A DNA stretch of 63,055 bases, filler included, from Octopus bimaculoides (GCF_001194135.2; 4 parts of 4 records of this genome joined end to end with filler, not necessarily neighbours in it); one strand, 5' to 3'. Positions 25,417 through 39,309 are shown, counted from the first letter of the whole stretch. The notes: generated from the letters alone by a model not told the origin. Numbers and translations: made by a program.

Positions 25417-28400
25417 GAGAGAGAGTGTTATCAATGTATGGAATAGTTTACCATTTCCAAAGGACTGGAGAGATGCAATTTCACTGGACAAGAGAAAAGG
25501 TATCAGATTAAACAGTGGTAACTTTCATGGTATTTTCTTATTTGTAACTGATAGAAAGATATTTACCATCTGCATACGTAAGCTTCATCGCTATCGAAGT
25601 GTCTCAAAATGGATTTAGATATAACTCTAATAAAATTGAAACATGTCTGGAATTATCCCTCGTATTTATCAAAACGATCAAAATAACATTGGTCAATAAA
25701 TAATATTGTTTCCTTTCTCTCCTACCTTTCTGTGCTTCCTGTATTATATATGCTAATCGAAGAGAAGTTTATTCTCTGAACACTTAACAACAATAGCTTT
25801 TCTTTTATATCTCTTTCAGTTTATATAAGCTTATTTTAGAATATTGTGACCTTGTTATCTTCAATGATAGATGTTATTATCTATCTTGCTTCGGCAGTGC
25901 TTACCTACTGCCCAGTGGTTGCAAACTACTGGGTTATATCTGCTTTCTGAAGGCCTTTTGTCTCAGCTGTTAGGCAATCACTGATAACGTATTTTTGGCA
26001 TCCTCTCACATATAACTCAGTTCTGTCCGGTCGGAGCCTTTTCTACACCACTTGGGTCATATCTTCCATTTTTATTTTCATGAAATATTTTATTTTTAAC
26101 ACTTCGCATATTCACATTATGCTTAGTTGCTTATATATCTCGAACCACAAGGTTCATTACCCAATATTCATAATAAGATAATATTCAAATGTACTTTTCA
26201 TCTTCATTTTTGCTATTTTGTTATACAATCTGTTTTTGATTTTTTTTATTAGGCATTTTTTTATCCTACCCAAAGTTAATTTATACAATATTTTCTTTAC
26301 ATGAACCTTCTCCTCGATGGAAACGTCATAAATTGATCCTCTCGTTATCAGACTTTAAGTGGTGTATTTTAAATCCTATCAGAAGTCTATTTTTCCTAGC
26401 TGTGTCGACTAGTTTATTTTCCAATCCAGTACATTAAAATAGTAGCTAGTGTTATTTTATAAATTATTATTTATTCATTATACTTGTGTTTAATTCTTTA
26501 CATAATACTACAGTATTCTTTGATGTATTTTTATTTCATTAGTGTATGTTTTATATATTCATAAGCGTTATTATGTCATTCATTGATTGATAATTATCTG
26601 TCATGTTACATTAAATTTCTGTTTTTATGTGCATTTAGCCCACAGATGCATTTGATAAATCCATGGACTGCAACAATATTCCTTCTAGTTGGTCGTTATC
26701 CCTTCCACAGAGTTTCAGCAATATCAGGGTCCTTTAAGTGTATCAGTACTAGAGAAAATAAAGTAATTGAAACAATAAAACAACTTTGCAGTATTCTCTT
26801 CTTAAAGTCTTTTGTTTAATGGTTATTTACCTTTCACTTTAGAGGTTTATTTGTGTCCAGTATTATTCTATTTAATCTTTATGGTGCAGTTTTTATAACA
26901 CATTACAAAAACAAAATCACTTATTTGCAGTACTTTTAATATCCATGGATGTAGAACGCTAAATGCTCCTCAGCAGTCAATAATTACCAAGTTGAAGCAT
27001 TTTATGTTATTTTTTTATTTTGTTTTGTTTTTCTATTACATTTAAATAATGAATTCTTCCATACATCTATATACCAGTCGGTGATAATCTTTCTCCTTCT
27101 CCAATATTTGTATTTTTCTAAACATATTGTCAAAAAATATGGGTGTTTATGCTTTATATGTCATAGATAGACAGTGGATGAATTATTGTTCTTTGAGAAT
27201 GTGAGGATCTAGTATTTCACCTGATGTATCCAAATATGATACCTAGTCCAAAATATTTCCCAGAGTACAAATGGAGGAGAGTCCAAGGAATTCCTGGTCC
27301 GACAACACAAGCAACTGGCCACGTTTTAAAACCACGACACTTCTACGTGTAACGAAGATTAGGTGCTCATAGTGAGAAAACGTCTGTATTAAAGTGAGAG
27401 AAAGAATCAGAAGGATATGCTTAAACTAAGGAATGAAAGACAAAATTAAAGATGTCTGATCTGTATTTTAAGCTGTTTATATCCTACACCAATTTATTAG
27501 TTCGTAAGCAACTACCGCATGGTTGTGTCATAGTTTATATTTTGATTGTGGTTAATGTTTATACTGATTTTCTCGAGGGCAGAACTAATTGGTATGTTGA
27601 TGCTATTATTTTCAATTAAAACATTCTAGAAACTCTTCATTCTTAGGAAACCTTCCTTATCCTATATTTCGAATTGGTACTGCATCAAGTGAAAAATCCA
27701 AAAGACTTTTTCCTTTCTAGTTCCTCTAAATACGATAGCTGAACTCGGTTTCCTGTTTAACTATGACGTGTGTAGTTATATTTCATGGTTTGTTTATCAG
27801 TTAAATTTTGCATCATGTTATTGCTACGTTCTTCTATCAACAAGAGTTTCCTTTCCATTTATCCAAAGATAAATACTTTTTACCAAGCTCGTATTAATGA
27901 CAAACGTTTAGGCTGGAGTATTCATTACATGAAACAAATTAACACAACCCTATAACAAAGTAATTAACGTGAGTGCTTTTTACCTAAGTATACCTATTCT
28001 TCAGATTTTGTTTTTTAAATTTCCCTTTAGTAGAGAAAGAGCTTCTCATTGGAATTTCAGTATCTGGTAAGTATAACTGCGTATGTATGTATGTATGTAT
28101 GTATGTATGTATGTATGTATGTATGCATGCATGTATGTATGTATGTATGTATGTATGTATGAGAGCAGTGCATGCCATCAAAGTGACACTGGGGTAAAAT
28201 ATACGAAGCCCATTATACCCATCATGACTACGCATCTGATAAGGGTACACCATGCACATGCATCACAACCACATGTGCGCGACATGGTGATCTCATATCA
28301 AGATAAACAGCGCATGTATGTATGTATGTATGTATGTATGAATGAATGCATGTATGTGCATATTTTTGTCATTGCGTGAGTAAATCTGTATGACTTAGGT

Positions 28401-29598
28401 ATGAGTACCTATGTTTATATAATGTATGGATATGCATATGCACATGCAAGAGGCTAAACTAGTGAAATGTTTTATCTATCCATGGCTTGTAATAGCAATT
28501 TTCTGTTGAACGATGGTTTGTAAATCGTAGCTTCTCAAGAATGTTGTACCTATTAACAAGAACTCGTCCCTTTGTCAGATTGATCGTTCCGGTCTGGTAG
28601 CTTTGACCCAAGAGACACACAACGATGTCGAAACACCAGGGCGTGTCAAAGGCCCCTTACACTGGTGAATCGCGTGTGTTATGAACACACTTTAATCGCA
28701 TAATCAACTGCCTTCAGCAGTAAGTAGTCGTAGTGTAGTATTTGTAGATTTCTTATTAGTTTAACGTAGATGTTTCATTTTCTCTTAATATTATGCTAAC
28801 ATTTATTTACTAGACCTTTGATTATTATTACTCTCTTTTTGTTCTGTTCGAAATCATAATGTCCAGACTGTTCTTCTTAACATATATATATTATTATATA
28901 CGCTTGGATTATTATAAGCACATTACACCAGAACTCTTTCATACTTTGAGCGAATATGCTCTCCACTTCACTTTAACTTCTTATATTTGGAACTTAATAA
29001 CTATTTTTCCAACGAATTTCGTTGTGTAGTATTTGGACCACTATATCATGTCTCTAGCTGCTAGATTTGTGACATTTTTGGGAAGTTCTAAACGCATCAA
29101 CAAAATAATTTGTTTGCTAATTCCTATAAACAAGAGCTCGTCTTCTTGCCTGATTTATCGTTCCAGTGAGATAACTTTGACACACAGCAGGGCGTCTCAA
29201 AGGCCCATTACACCGATGAATTACTGTGTTATGAGAACACATTGTCTAAAGAGAGGAGATGTTCTCCGATGACGGAAAACAACTGCGATCAGATATTCAT
29301 GTTCGAAACTGCTAGGATTTATTAAGAATTAACGGATATGTTTTTGTTGGGTTCTCGCTGCTCTGTGTGTAATTCCTGAATTTAGTACGTTTAAAATTGT
29401 TTAATTCTTTATGCAATAATCCACATCTGTTTACACGACAGGTGTTCTGCCAGATAGATAGATAGATAGAAAGACAGACAGACAGACAGACAGATACATA
29501 CATACATACATAGAGCAATTTCAGAATACAGACAAGTGTTGGTACTCAGTACACAACAGCACTCCTCTCTCTCTCTCTCTCTCTTTCTCTCTCTTTTT

Positions 29599-29629
<31 letters not shown>

Positions 29630-30159
29630 ACACACACACATGCACCCCGTTTACATTAACAGCTTTTCAGACTAATTCAACAGTTTACAAAATTATCCTT
29701 GCCGTTTTCGTATTTCAAATCTAATTATATTGTTTTATGATTTATAGTGCACTACATCTGTACCTCAGAGAATAACCATCATCTAATATCAATTAGTTCT
29801 GCTCAACTTGCATAACACGCGTTCTTGTTATAACTGGAATTTTTTAATTATTACTGCAGCATGACGGATCTACTTACCGAATTAATAAACTCCATATGTC
29901 TTGCAACATATTTATTTATTTATTTATGTGTTTCAGCCAAGTGGCTGCGGTCATGCTGGTGCACCACCGTGTAATTTTACTTTTACGCGTGCACACATGA
30001 CATCTGTATGTTGTCAAAATAGATACTAAATTCTAGAAACTCTTTTAACGTAATCAATGCAAAATGCCCTGGTACTGAACTAAAGATTCTTTCACTGATT
30101 TCGCTTTCGTTTAGCACTTCTAACTTTCCTTAATAAAGTCTCATTATCTGAATTATTGG

Positions 30160-30360
30160 TTTCAAATTTTGGAACAAAGTCAGCAATTCCGGGGGTGGGG
30201 TTAGCTGTTTACATTGACCCAAGTGATCAACTTATACTTATTTTATCCACTCGAAAAGTGGAGTTGAGATCAGCAGAATTTGAACTCAGAACGTGAAGAC
30301 GAACGGAATGCCGGTAAGCAATTTTCCTGGGTGCTAACAATTCCGCCAGCTCGCCTCCTT
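30160..30360 (-). mobile_element. SINE family B, degenerate
   Basis: Reverse complement of ggcgagctggc...gttctgagttcaaattc; homologous to the 45916 and 52895 copies. Confidence 0.8.
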
Positions 30361-31675
30361 TGTTTTGCGAAGATATTAAACGTGCATATGTTTACATTTT
30401 TGCTTTCTTTCGACTGTTCTTCACCACATCAGTTTTCTGATATCCTTTTTAACTGGCTTAATCATTCCATCTCATTTTAAGACAATGTAACCCGAACTAC
30501 ACTTTTTTCTATTTTGAGGGGAATTTGGTTGCTTTTTCTAGCAGATAAATTAACCACGTTAATCTTTCCCTCCTTAGCTCATATGTAAGTAATCAGTTGT
30601 CATTCTCATTTGTTCCCAGATCAAACTTAATCCTGGGAACCTATAAGTAAATGCCTTTCAGTTGCAACCATCCTATCTTTTGGAGATATGTAGGATACAG
30701 TATCTAGTATATCCTTCTTTGCTTATCCGCAGGCTAATATCTCAAACAGACCTTAACTGTATCTTTTTGAAGAATATACTGCACACTTCGACGTGCTATG
30801 CTTAGAATGAAGTATGGCCCTAAGGACATCTGTTTTCCATTATCCAATCTATTTTTGTATACTAGTTGCTGTTCTTGTGGTTGCTTAGTCACAGCCCAGC
30901 CCCGATCGAACACATCTACGGCTAAGCTTCTTCCTTAATGCAGATAATGCAGGGCCACACGTAACATGCCCTTTTCTAAAAACTGTTAGGGAAAAAAGGA
31001 AAATAGTCAAATGCTTCTATCAGGATGAGAGCTACGTAGAAGTCTTGCTGGAACCCTCAACAGAGTTAGATTCGACTGGAATTTATTCCTCCCTACTCTT
31101 CATAGGTGTGTTATATCTCCGTGTGATGAGGCTAACGTGAATATTTTTATGAGCATATAATGCAGCTAACTTTCTGAATATACAATGCTGCTACTTTTGT
31201 GTGCGTAGGGTGACGATATTTTGTGGGGATATACGCTGTTTGGCTGGACTTCGTAAAAATGCTAATGTTCTCAGGCTATTAAAAGAAAATTCCTTAATGC
31301 TAATATGCCAGATAGTTGAGCAGCTGTTTGTAATATGCTAATTTTGCATCTTCACAAAGATTTCAAAAAATGAAATGTTTGCCAAGATGCGGCCTCAAAT
31401 TTAGACTTACTATCCATATACTAATATCAAAATTGTCATTTTCCCCCAATTCTCTAAATTACAATAAACATAAACATCAGCTTTTAAAAAAATATTTTCA
31501 CACCTTCAGTCGTGGTAAAATAGTGTTTTAAAATTCTGGATACTATTCATTTATAGTTGGTTAAATTTTTGTTCTCATATTGACGTTTTTTTTTTACTTG
31601 AATAACATGAGTTAGTCTTCCTATCGCACAGATTGATTTTAATTTCACAACTACCCATTTACTCTCCCTCTTTCA

Positions 31676-31780
<105 letters not shown>

Positions 31781-32905
31781 CTGATGGTGGTGGTAGCGAT
31801 GGTGGTAGCGATAGTGTTGCTTGTAGTGGAGGTGGCTGTGGTGTTTGCTAAAAACACACACATAAGCAACATACATACGTACATAACACACACACACACA
31901 CTGTGTGTGTGTGCATGTGTACGAAACTATAAGCTGTTCACTTTGATAAAAGTAAAAGCAAGAAAGCAAATAGTATCCAAACAGACATAATTATTATCTA
32001 CTTCACAAAGTTAACATGTGGAGAGATTAGGCAATGCTGTCAGATCAATATTAACTGCCAATTAAACAAAACTTGCTCCGTTCGGCTTAGATCCAAAAAT
32101 ATAACAACCAGCTTGCAACATATTTCCACAACTACACAAGTCTACAATATTCGTGTTTATGTAGCCAAATATCGTAAAGCAAAAAATTAGAATGCCATAG
32201 AACATGACTTGAGACTGCCAATCGGTTTCGATTCTCTGCTGACAAAACTTACACAATTCTCGCAGTTTTAAGCAAGCTTGAATGCCATACTATTACATTT
32301 TTTTTCTGTGAACTATATTGCGTGTGTGCCAGTTAAAGAAGCTAAAAGGAATAGTGTACATATCTCGGGCGAGTGCTTAGAATGAATTCCAAACTCATTG
32401 ACTAGGAAGTACTGCGATACCCGGGTAGCATTAATTCTTTTCCGTTATGCTCTTGCAAGAGATCAGGATTTTTTCTTTTCTATTCTTTTTCCCGAGCAAA
32501 TATAGAGTCTTTATGCCAAGACTCCAAAAACCAAGAAACCAGTATTATTGTACAGGTATACAGTGTAATATAGTTGGCAGAAACAAAATATTTTATGTCA
32601 TCCTTTTTTAAGTTCAGATTTAAACATTCACTGTCATCAGCTTTAAATGTTATCCATGAAGTCGATAAAATAATTATCTGTAATGCATCAGGGTTACTTC
32701 AACTTTCTATAATCCTTCTGTACAAAATTCAGACAAATTTTAAGACATTGAAGCATCATAATAAGTGATCCATGGTGATTTTTCTAATCGTGGCTCTCTA
32801 TGTTCTGAATTCAAATTCTACTGAGGTCAATCTTGTGCATCATTTCTGCAGCCTCGATACACAAATGTCGATAAATTAACTAAACACTGTACATGTAGCT
32901 ACGTA

Positions 32906-33170
32906 AAAAAAATAATAATAAATCCGCCCTTTTAAAGCCTAGCCAGGCTCATGGGCCCGGTTTCCCGGTTTCAATGGCGTATGTGTTCCCCAGCTGGACG
33001 GGACGCCAGTCCATCACAGCGTTACTCATTTTTGCCAGCTGAGTGAACTAGAGCAACGTGAAAGGAAGTGTTTTGTTCAAGAACACAACGCGTCACCTGG
33101 TCCAGGAATTGAAACCACAATCTTACGATCATGATGCTGATACCCTAATCACTAAGCCACGCGCCTCCAC
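32906..33170 (-). mobile_element. tRNA/CORE-type SINE (family D), full length, with a perfect 15-bp TSD
   Basis: TSD ACATGTAGCTACGTA at 32891-32905 and 33171-33185. tRNA-like head, central cacgttgctctagttcactcagctggcaaaaatgagt resembling the CORE domain, A/T-rich tail. Confidence 0.92.
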
Positions 33171-33562
33171 ACATGTAGCTACGTACACTTATTAAAAGAA
33201 ATCTATATTATTGTATGTTGAAGGGCGTTATTGAATGGCAAATCCATTGAGCGCCGAACTATATGCCTGTGAGGCAGTTCATTATATTCTTATTTCGGAT
33301 CTCATCATAGTCGCCCTCTTCACCTTTATGGAGTCAATAAATAATACTAGTTAGAAATGTACGTGCAGTGTTTTGTTTTTTGTTGAAGCAGCCATGAATT
33401 AGTGTCAACTTTGTGAGAAATGTGTTTTGTGTAACATGGAAAGGGGAATATGTGGGCCGGTGATATCAAAGACATGTCCTATTAGTATTTTCAGGGGTAG
33501 CACACCTGGCCGACTGAATTGTGTAATACTGTTTCGGATAAGTTTTCATCGTACTCAATTAC

Positions 33563-33734
33563 CTGAGTCTGTTAAGATATTAGTAGAAGTAGTTGAAGAT
33601 GTATTTGAGCCGGTAATTACTTTACTATATATATTTATCGACGTCTCTGAGTTTGTGAAATTTTCTTGCTGCTCTTTTGATGTCTGATGGAAGGTGAGAA
33701 CTTCGTCATGTTCGATGTAGAAGATGCTTTCTTT
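33563..33734 (-). CDS. Candidate internal exon, Ser/Thr-rich
   Basis: ttcttag|KESIFYIEHDEVLTFHQTSKEQQENFTNSETSINIYSKVITGSNTSSTTSTNILTDS G|gtaatt. Open frame bounded by AG and GT; no homology recognised. Confidence 0.25.
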
Positions 33735-34302
33735 CTAAGAATTATTTTTATAAGTGATTTTGGAAGACTGTTTCATAATTCATTTTAATTGACTTGCTAT
33801 ATTTAACTTACTACTATGACATGTGATGTGACCATTAAAGGAGTTGTTTCATAGGATTTGTTACTCATTTAATGGCTTATGTTCAATGAAAAGATAATCT
33901 ATAGAAACACAGGTAATTGGATACATAGCATTGAAAGCTAAAAAAAATGTCGTTAATTCTGATGTTGTTAATTCGGTTATTGATATTGTTGCCACTGAAA
34001 GCAAATATTATATTCTTTCCTCTTGGTGATTAATTTGCTATTTAAAAATTTATTCGTCTCCAGCAATCTCCAGCAAATATACTTACTTCAGTTGCATCAT
34101 GCTTTAGCTTTGAGTTTGAACTAAGTCTATTACATACCTTTGACGATCGATTAACGATGACGTTGACCGCAACGATCTGCTTTGACATTTCCATACAATC
34201 AGAGGCTTTCTTTTTACAAATCTTCTCTGCCGTTTATGCTACCAAAAGGCCAAATGTGATATTGATTGCTCACTTGGCCAAAATTTTTTATTGTTATGTT
34301 TA

Positions 34303-34352
<50 letters not shown>

Positions 34353-35739
34353 CATACACACACATATACAGAAAATGACATGAATATATTACTGATACTT
34401 ATTTCATTTACATCAGATGTACAAAATTGTACGATACCGACAGAATCTGAAAAGAAGGTAGGAAATATTTAAATATTGTAAAACATTTCATCCGCATGGC
34501 TGATTGGTTGATTGGCTGGTTGACTGGCTAGTTGACTGGCTAGCTGTCTGATTGATTGGTTGGTTGGTTGGTTGGTTGATTGGTTGGATGCATGCATGCG
34601 TGCATGCATGAAAGGTTTGCAATTCATTGGCGTAGCGAAACGATTAACACTTCTTAGTTCTAATCTCCGACAGGAAAACTGCATTTTTGAGGCTAAACTA
34701 CACAACACAAAATCCGGTTAGGAGAAGATTAACAGACCTTACTGCAAAGAATTAGTTCAACATAATCCACAGACCTATTTTTCATGGCGCCACCGTGTTA
34801 ATAGCCAATTATAAATTCGTTCATAATGATAGTTTCCACAATCCTACTGCAAAAGAAAACATTAAAGTGTGGTAATTTTCAAACATTGTAGTATTTGTAG
34901 AACTTGTAATATGATATTAGCCTAAAAAACCAATATACTGCACAAAATTAGTGCACAAGATGCTGGGAATTTCCAAGTGTTATATATNNNNNNNNNNNNN
35001 NNNNNNNNNNNNNNNNNNNNNNNNNNNNNNNNNNNNNNNNNNNNNNNNNNNNNNNNNNNNNNNNNNNNNNNNNNNNNNNNNNNNNNNNNNNNNNNNNNNN
35101 NNNNNNNNNNNNNNNNNNNNNNNNNNNNNNNNNNNNNNNNNNNNNNNNNNNNNNNNNNNNNNNNNNNNNNNNNNNNNNNNNNNNNNNNNNNNNNNNNNNN
35201 NNNNNNNNNNNNNNNNNNNNNNNNNNNNNNNNNNNNNNNNNNNNNNNNNNNNNNNNNNNNNNNNNNNNNNNNNNNNNNNNNNNNNNNNNNNNNNNNNNNN
35301 NNNNNNNNNNNNNNNNNNNNNNNNNNNNNNNNNNNNNNNNNNNNNNNNNNNNNNNNNNNNNNNNNNNNNNNNNNNNNNNNNNNNNNNNNNNNNNNNNNNN
35401 NNNNNNNNNNNNNNNNNNNNNNNNNNNNNNNNNNNNNNNNNNNNNNNNNNNNNNNNNNNNNNNNNNNNNNNNNNNNNNNNNNNNNNNNNNNNNNNNNNNN
35501 NNNNNNNNNNNNNNNNNNNNNNNNNNNNNNNNNNNNNNNNNNNNNNNNNNNNNNNNNNNNNNNNNNNNNNNNNNNNNNNNNNNNNNNNNNNNNNNNNNNN
35601 NNNNNNNNNNNNNNNNNNNNNNNNNNNNNNNNNNNNNNNNNNNNNNNNNNNNNNNNNNNNNNNNNNNNNNNNNNNNNNNNNNNNNNNNNNNNNNNNNNNN
35701 NNNNNNNNTATATATATATATATATATATATATGATATA

Positions 35740-36066
35740 TGGTGGTTGTCCACTCCTTATGCAGAGTCTGACCACCTCTTGTACTGTCGTGTATATATAG
35801 GACAGCAACAGGTCTTGCAAGACATGTCTGGCAACTTAAGGAGAATGACACCCATCCTATCAATATCAACTGGACAATTTTGGAAAAAGCACCATCATAC
35901 AAACGTGGGGTTTATAGAAGACCTGTGAAATGTAATCTTGCCTCTCAGAAAAGTTCTTCATCCTGTTCTTGAATAAACATGCATTGAACCAGAGACGGGA
36001 GCTCTTAAATTCCTGCAGGCACGCTGCGAGGTTTAAAATGTCAACCGAAAAAATACTGTATGGGTA
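35740..36066 (+). mobile_element. Penelope-like GIY-YIG endonuclease C-terminus (second type), internally deleted
   Basis: GCPL...VVY, then TGLARHVWQLKEND...INWTILEKAPSY...CNL(C)LSEKFFILFLNKHALNQRRELLNSCRHAARFKM with one frameshift. This is the CxLCLxEK...LNxRxEL..CRH tail found in many invertebrate PLEs. Confidence 0.85.
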
Positions 36067-36131
36067 AAATTTTTTGACGTTCGGAAAATTTTCACTGTCG
36101 CTTTTGAATTTGGCTTTACACCTCATATATA

Positions 36132-36163
<32 letters not shown>

Positions 36164-36408
36164 NNNNNNNNNNGCATTCCATCTCTTCAGGGCCAAGTTA
36201 CATTAATTCACAACAGACAACATAATTATTTGTACATAAATTACATGTATATAGAGAAGTACTAATCAGGTTGTTTCGACATGAACATATTGAAACTGCT
36301 TGCAATATCGGTTAAGAAAACTGTTATATAGTAGAGTAACTAAGTACAATTGTTAACCTAGGATATTAAGTAACGACATGCTTACGACGCTGTTTCATCA
36401 AATTAAAA

Positions 36409-36508
36409 NNNNNNNNNNNNNNNNNNNNNNNNNNNNNNNNNNNNNNNNNNNNTTAATTAATTAANNNNNNNNNNNNNNNNNNNNNNNNNNNNNNNNNNNN
36501 NNNNNNNN
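36409..36508. other. Assembly join N44-TTAATTAATTAA-N44
   Basis: Same layout as 15648-15747. Confidence 0.95.
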
Positions 36509-36540
<32 letters not shown>

Positions 36541-37911
36541 AGCCTGTACTTATAAATAAGTGCACATTTAAGCAAGTTGAATTAATATAGCACACTGAAA
36601 ATTTATTTAATCTTTTATTATAACCTTTCTTCCTGCGCTCCAAATCCCACTTCAATGCTACATGCGCATAATAAGGAAAATCTTACAGTTTCGCCCTTCT
36701 CCTTATATTTTTAAAATCATATAAGGCAACATCTAAATCTACATTATCAAATGTGTCCTTCCTTCGTGAATACAGTGGAATGGAATTCGATTGAATTCTG
36801 ACTGCTATTCATACAAGCACGTGTAATTCTATAGAAATCCGTAGAAGGTTGTCCATGTCAGTAATTTATAGCTGGCAGCCCCGCTTGCTGAATAAGTAAA
36901 AGGTTTATATAAAGATGCGTCAGGTGTGTGTTGGAGGATGGAGCTCATCTCACTGATCAGATTAAAGGCGTTTAGCGTTTTTCTGTAAGAGTTTTAGGAT
37001 TGGCTGAATTAATGGCATGAGAACGGAATTAGATATAACTGAAGGAGCGCCACTGCCAGGGTTTATACGGAGACGAGATAATCACTAGGAACAAAAGAAA
37101 TGAATATCACTGTATGTTCGTTATCATATATATGATATATATATATATATATATATATATANNNNNNNNNNNNNNNNNNNNNNNNNNNNNNNNNNNNNNN
37201 NNNNNNNNNNNNNNNNNNNNNNNNNNNNNNNNNNNNNNNNNNNNNNNNNNNNNNNNNNNNNNNNNNNNNNNNNNNNNNNNNNNNNNNNNNNNNNNNNNNN
37301 NNNNNNNNNNNNNNNNNNNNNNNNNNNNNNNNNNNNNNNNNNNNNNNNNNNNNNNNNNNNNNNNNNNNNNNNNNNNNNNNNNNNNNNNNNNNNNNNNNNN
37401 NNNNNNNNNNNNNNNNNNNNNNNNNNNNNNNNNNNNNNNNNNNNNNNNNNNNNNNNNNNNNNNNNNNNNNNNNNNNNNNNNNNNNNNNNNNNNNNNNNNN
37501 NNNNNNNNNNNNNNNNNNNNNNNNNNNNNNNNNNNNNNNNNNNNNNNNNNNNNNNNNNNNNNNNNNNNNNNNNNNNNNNNNNNNNNNNNNNNNNNNNNNN
37601 NNNNNNNNNNNNNNNNNNNNNNNNNNNNNNNNNNNNNNNNNNNNNNNNNNNNNNNNNNNNNNNNNNNNNNNNNNNNNNNNNNNNNNNNNNNNNNNNNNNN
37701 NNNNNNNNNNNNNNNNNNNNNNNNNNNNNNNNNNNNNNNNNNNNNNNNNNNNNNNNNNNNNNNNNNNNNNNNNNNNNNNNNNNNNNNNNNNNNNNNNNNN
37801 NNNNNNNNNNNNNNNNNNNNNNNNNNNNNNNNNNNNNNNNNNNNNNNNNNNNNNNNNNNNNNNNNNNNNNNNNNNNNNNNNNNNNNNNNNNNNNNNNNNN
37901 NNNNNNNNNNN

Positions 37912-37956
<45 letters not shown>

Positions 37957-38503
37957 GTGCTAAATACAGGCAAGCAAGAGTTTGTGTGTGGATATATTTA
38001 TATATACAATATGTAAGTATATGTATATGTCTACCTGCTGCTGTATGTGTGAATGTCTGTGTGCAATGCATTGAAGCAAGTTTTCTAGTAAATCCCCGTT
38101 TAATACCTAAACCCACCTCTCCAAATAGGTCTACACACAACTTCTGTATATTCTAGTTCACATGTGAATCAATTCCTTAAATAGACTCGGATTTGCAGAA
38201 ATTCAATATTTATATATTGGACATCCTGGGAGTCATGAAACAGTAGGACGTATTCTGTAAGTGCACGAACTGACATCATACAAAACTAACACCAGTTCAT
38301 TTTATATCTAAGTTCCTGGACATAGATAAAAATATTACGTTTTTTCCAACCAATTTAGTATTGCTACATATCGTTCAGTCCTCTAGAGTAAAAGCTGAGT
38401 GAAACTAATCTCTCGGTTTAATTTGGGTTGTGATTATGATTCCAACAAGCATAGTACCCGTCAAAAATGATGGAGTTTATGCTTACCATTTTATAATGTA
38501 GTT

Positions 38504-38884
38504 CTAGAAGAATAATGTAGGATAAACAGATAGGATGGTCACCGATTTATCGTATTTGATCTCCTTTTCTGGGAGTAACGTGAGATTAAAGAACATTAAT
38601 ATGAATAGCAACAATAAACAGACTAAATATACTTTATGATTTCTCATTGACTGGAACATATTTATATTTCTGGGCTGGTTGTGATTATTGACCTCAACTA
38701 TTTGAAGTGATGGCTTTTGGAAAAGTATTCGTGATGCAAGCAGAAAGAAATTGCTTCGAGTAGGAATTGAAACAGCATCGTTTTTAATAAGACAAATCGT
38801 ACTAAATTTAATTTTTTTCTGCTGCAGTGGGCCTACAACAACCATTAATAATATCGTTCGTCCATACCGAAGCAACCAGACCAA
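38504..38884 (-). CDS. Unassigned 126-codon ORF with a hydrophobic segment
   Basis: Longest repeat-free ORF in the window; contains MRNHKVYLVCLLLLFILMFFNLTLL. Its length is borderline for chance at this AT content. Confidence 0.15.
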   Translation of the reverse strand: MVWLLRYGRTILLMVVVGPLQQKKIKFSTICLIKNDAVSIPTRSNFFLLASRILFQKPSLQIVEVNNHNQPRNINMFQSMRNHKVYLVCLLLLFILMFFNLTLLPEKEIKYDKSVTILSVYPTLFF

Positions 38885-39232
38885 AGCAGACTAAAGCATT
38901 CCACAGTAATAAAATATATTAAACGAGAAACCAATATACATGTGAAATATAAATATAACGAGCAATATCATCAACATCATCGTCGTCGTCGTCATCATCA
39001 TCATCATCATCATCATCGTCGTCGTCGTCGTCGTCGTCGTCGTCAGCAATAACAACAAAATAAAAATGCCTAACGAATTAAATGTTAATATTTTTACATG
39101 TAATCGATGTTGTAATTGTTTTGACATTTTCTATTGAACGATGTTTTCGTCTGTGGAAAAATATCGATATATTCCTGCAAAATAAGTGTGTTTTCTATTT
39201 CTAATCCATACACACACACACACAAACGTAAG

Positions 39233-39309
<77 letters not shown>

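Noticed and set aside
29262-29320. Third hammerhead (CCGATGA...CGAAAC)
   Set aside because: No convincing stem II, no NUH triplet after stem III, and no stem I partner.
33280-33345. Hammerhead-like TGATGAG...CCGAAAT on the minus strand
   Set aside because: Core C3 is missing and the helices cannot be formed.
36680-36820. Minus-strand exon ending at a strong donor ACT|gtaaga
   Set aside because: All three frames contain stops shortly before the donor.
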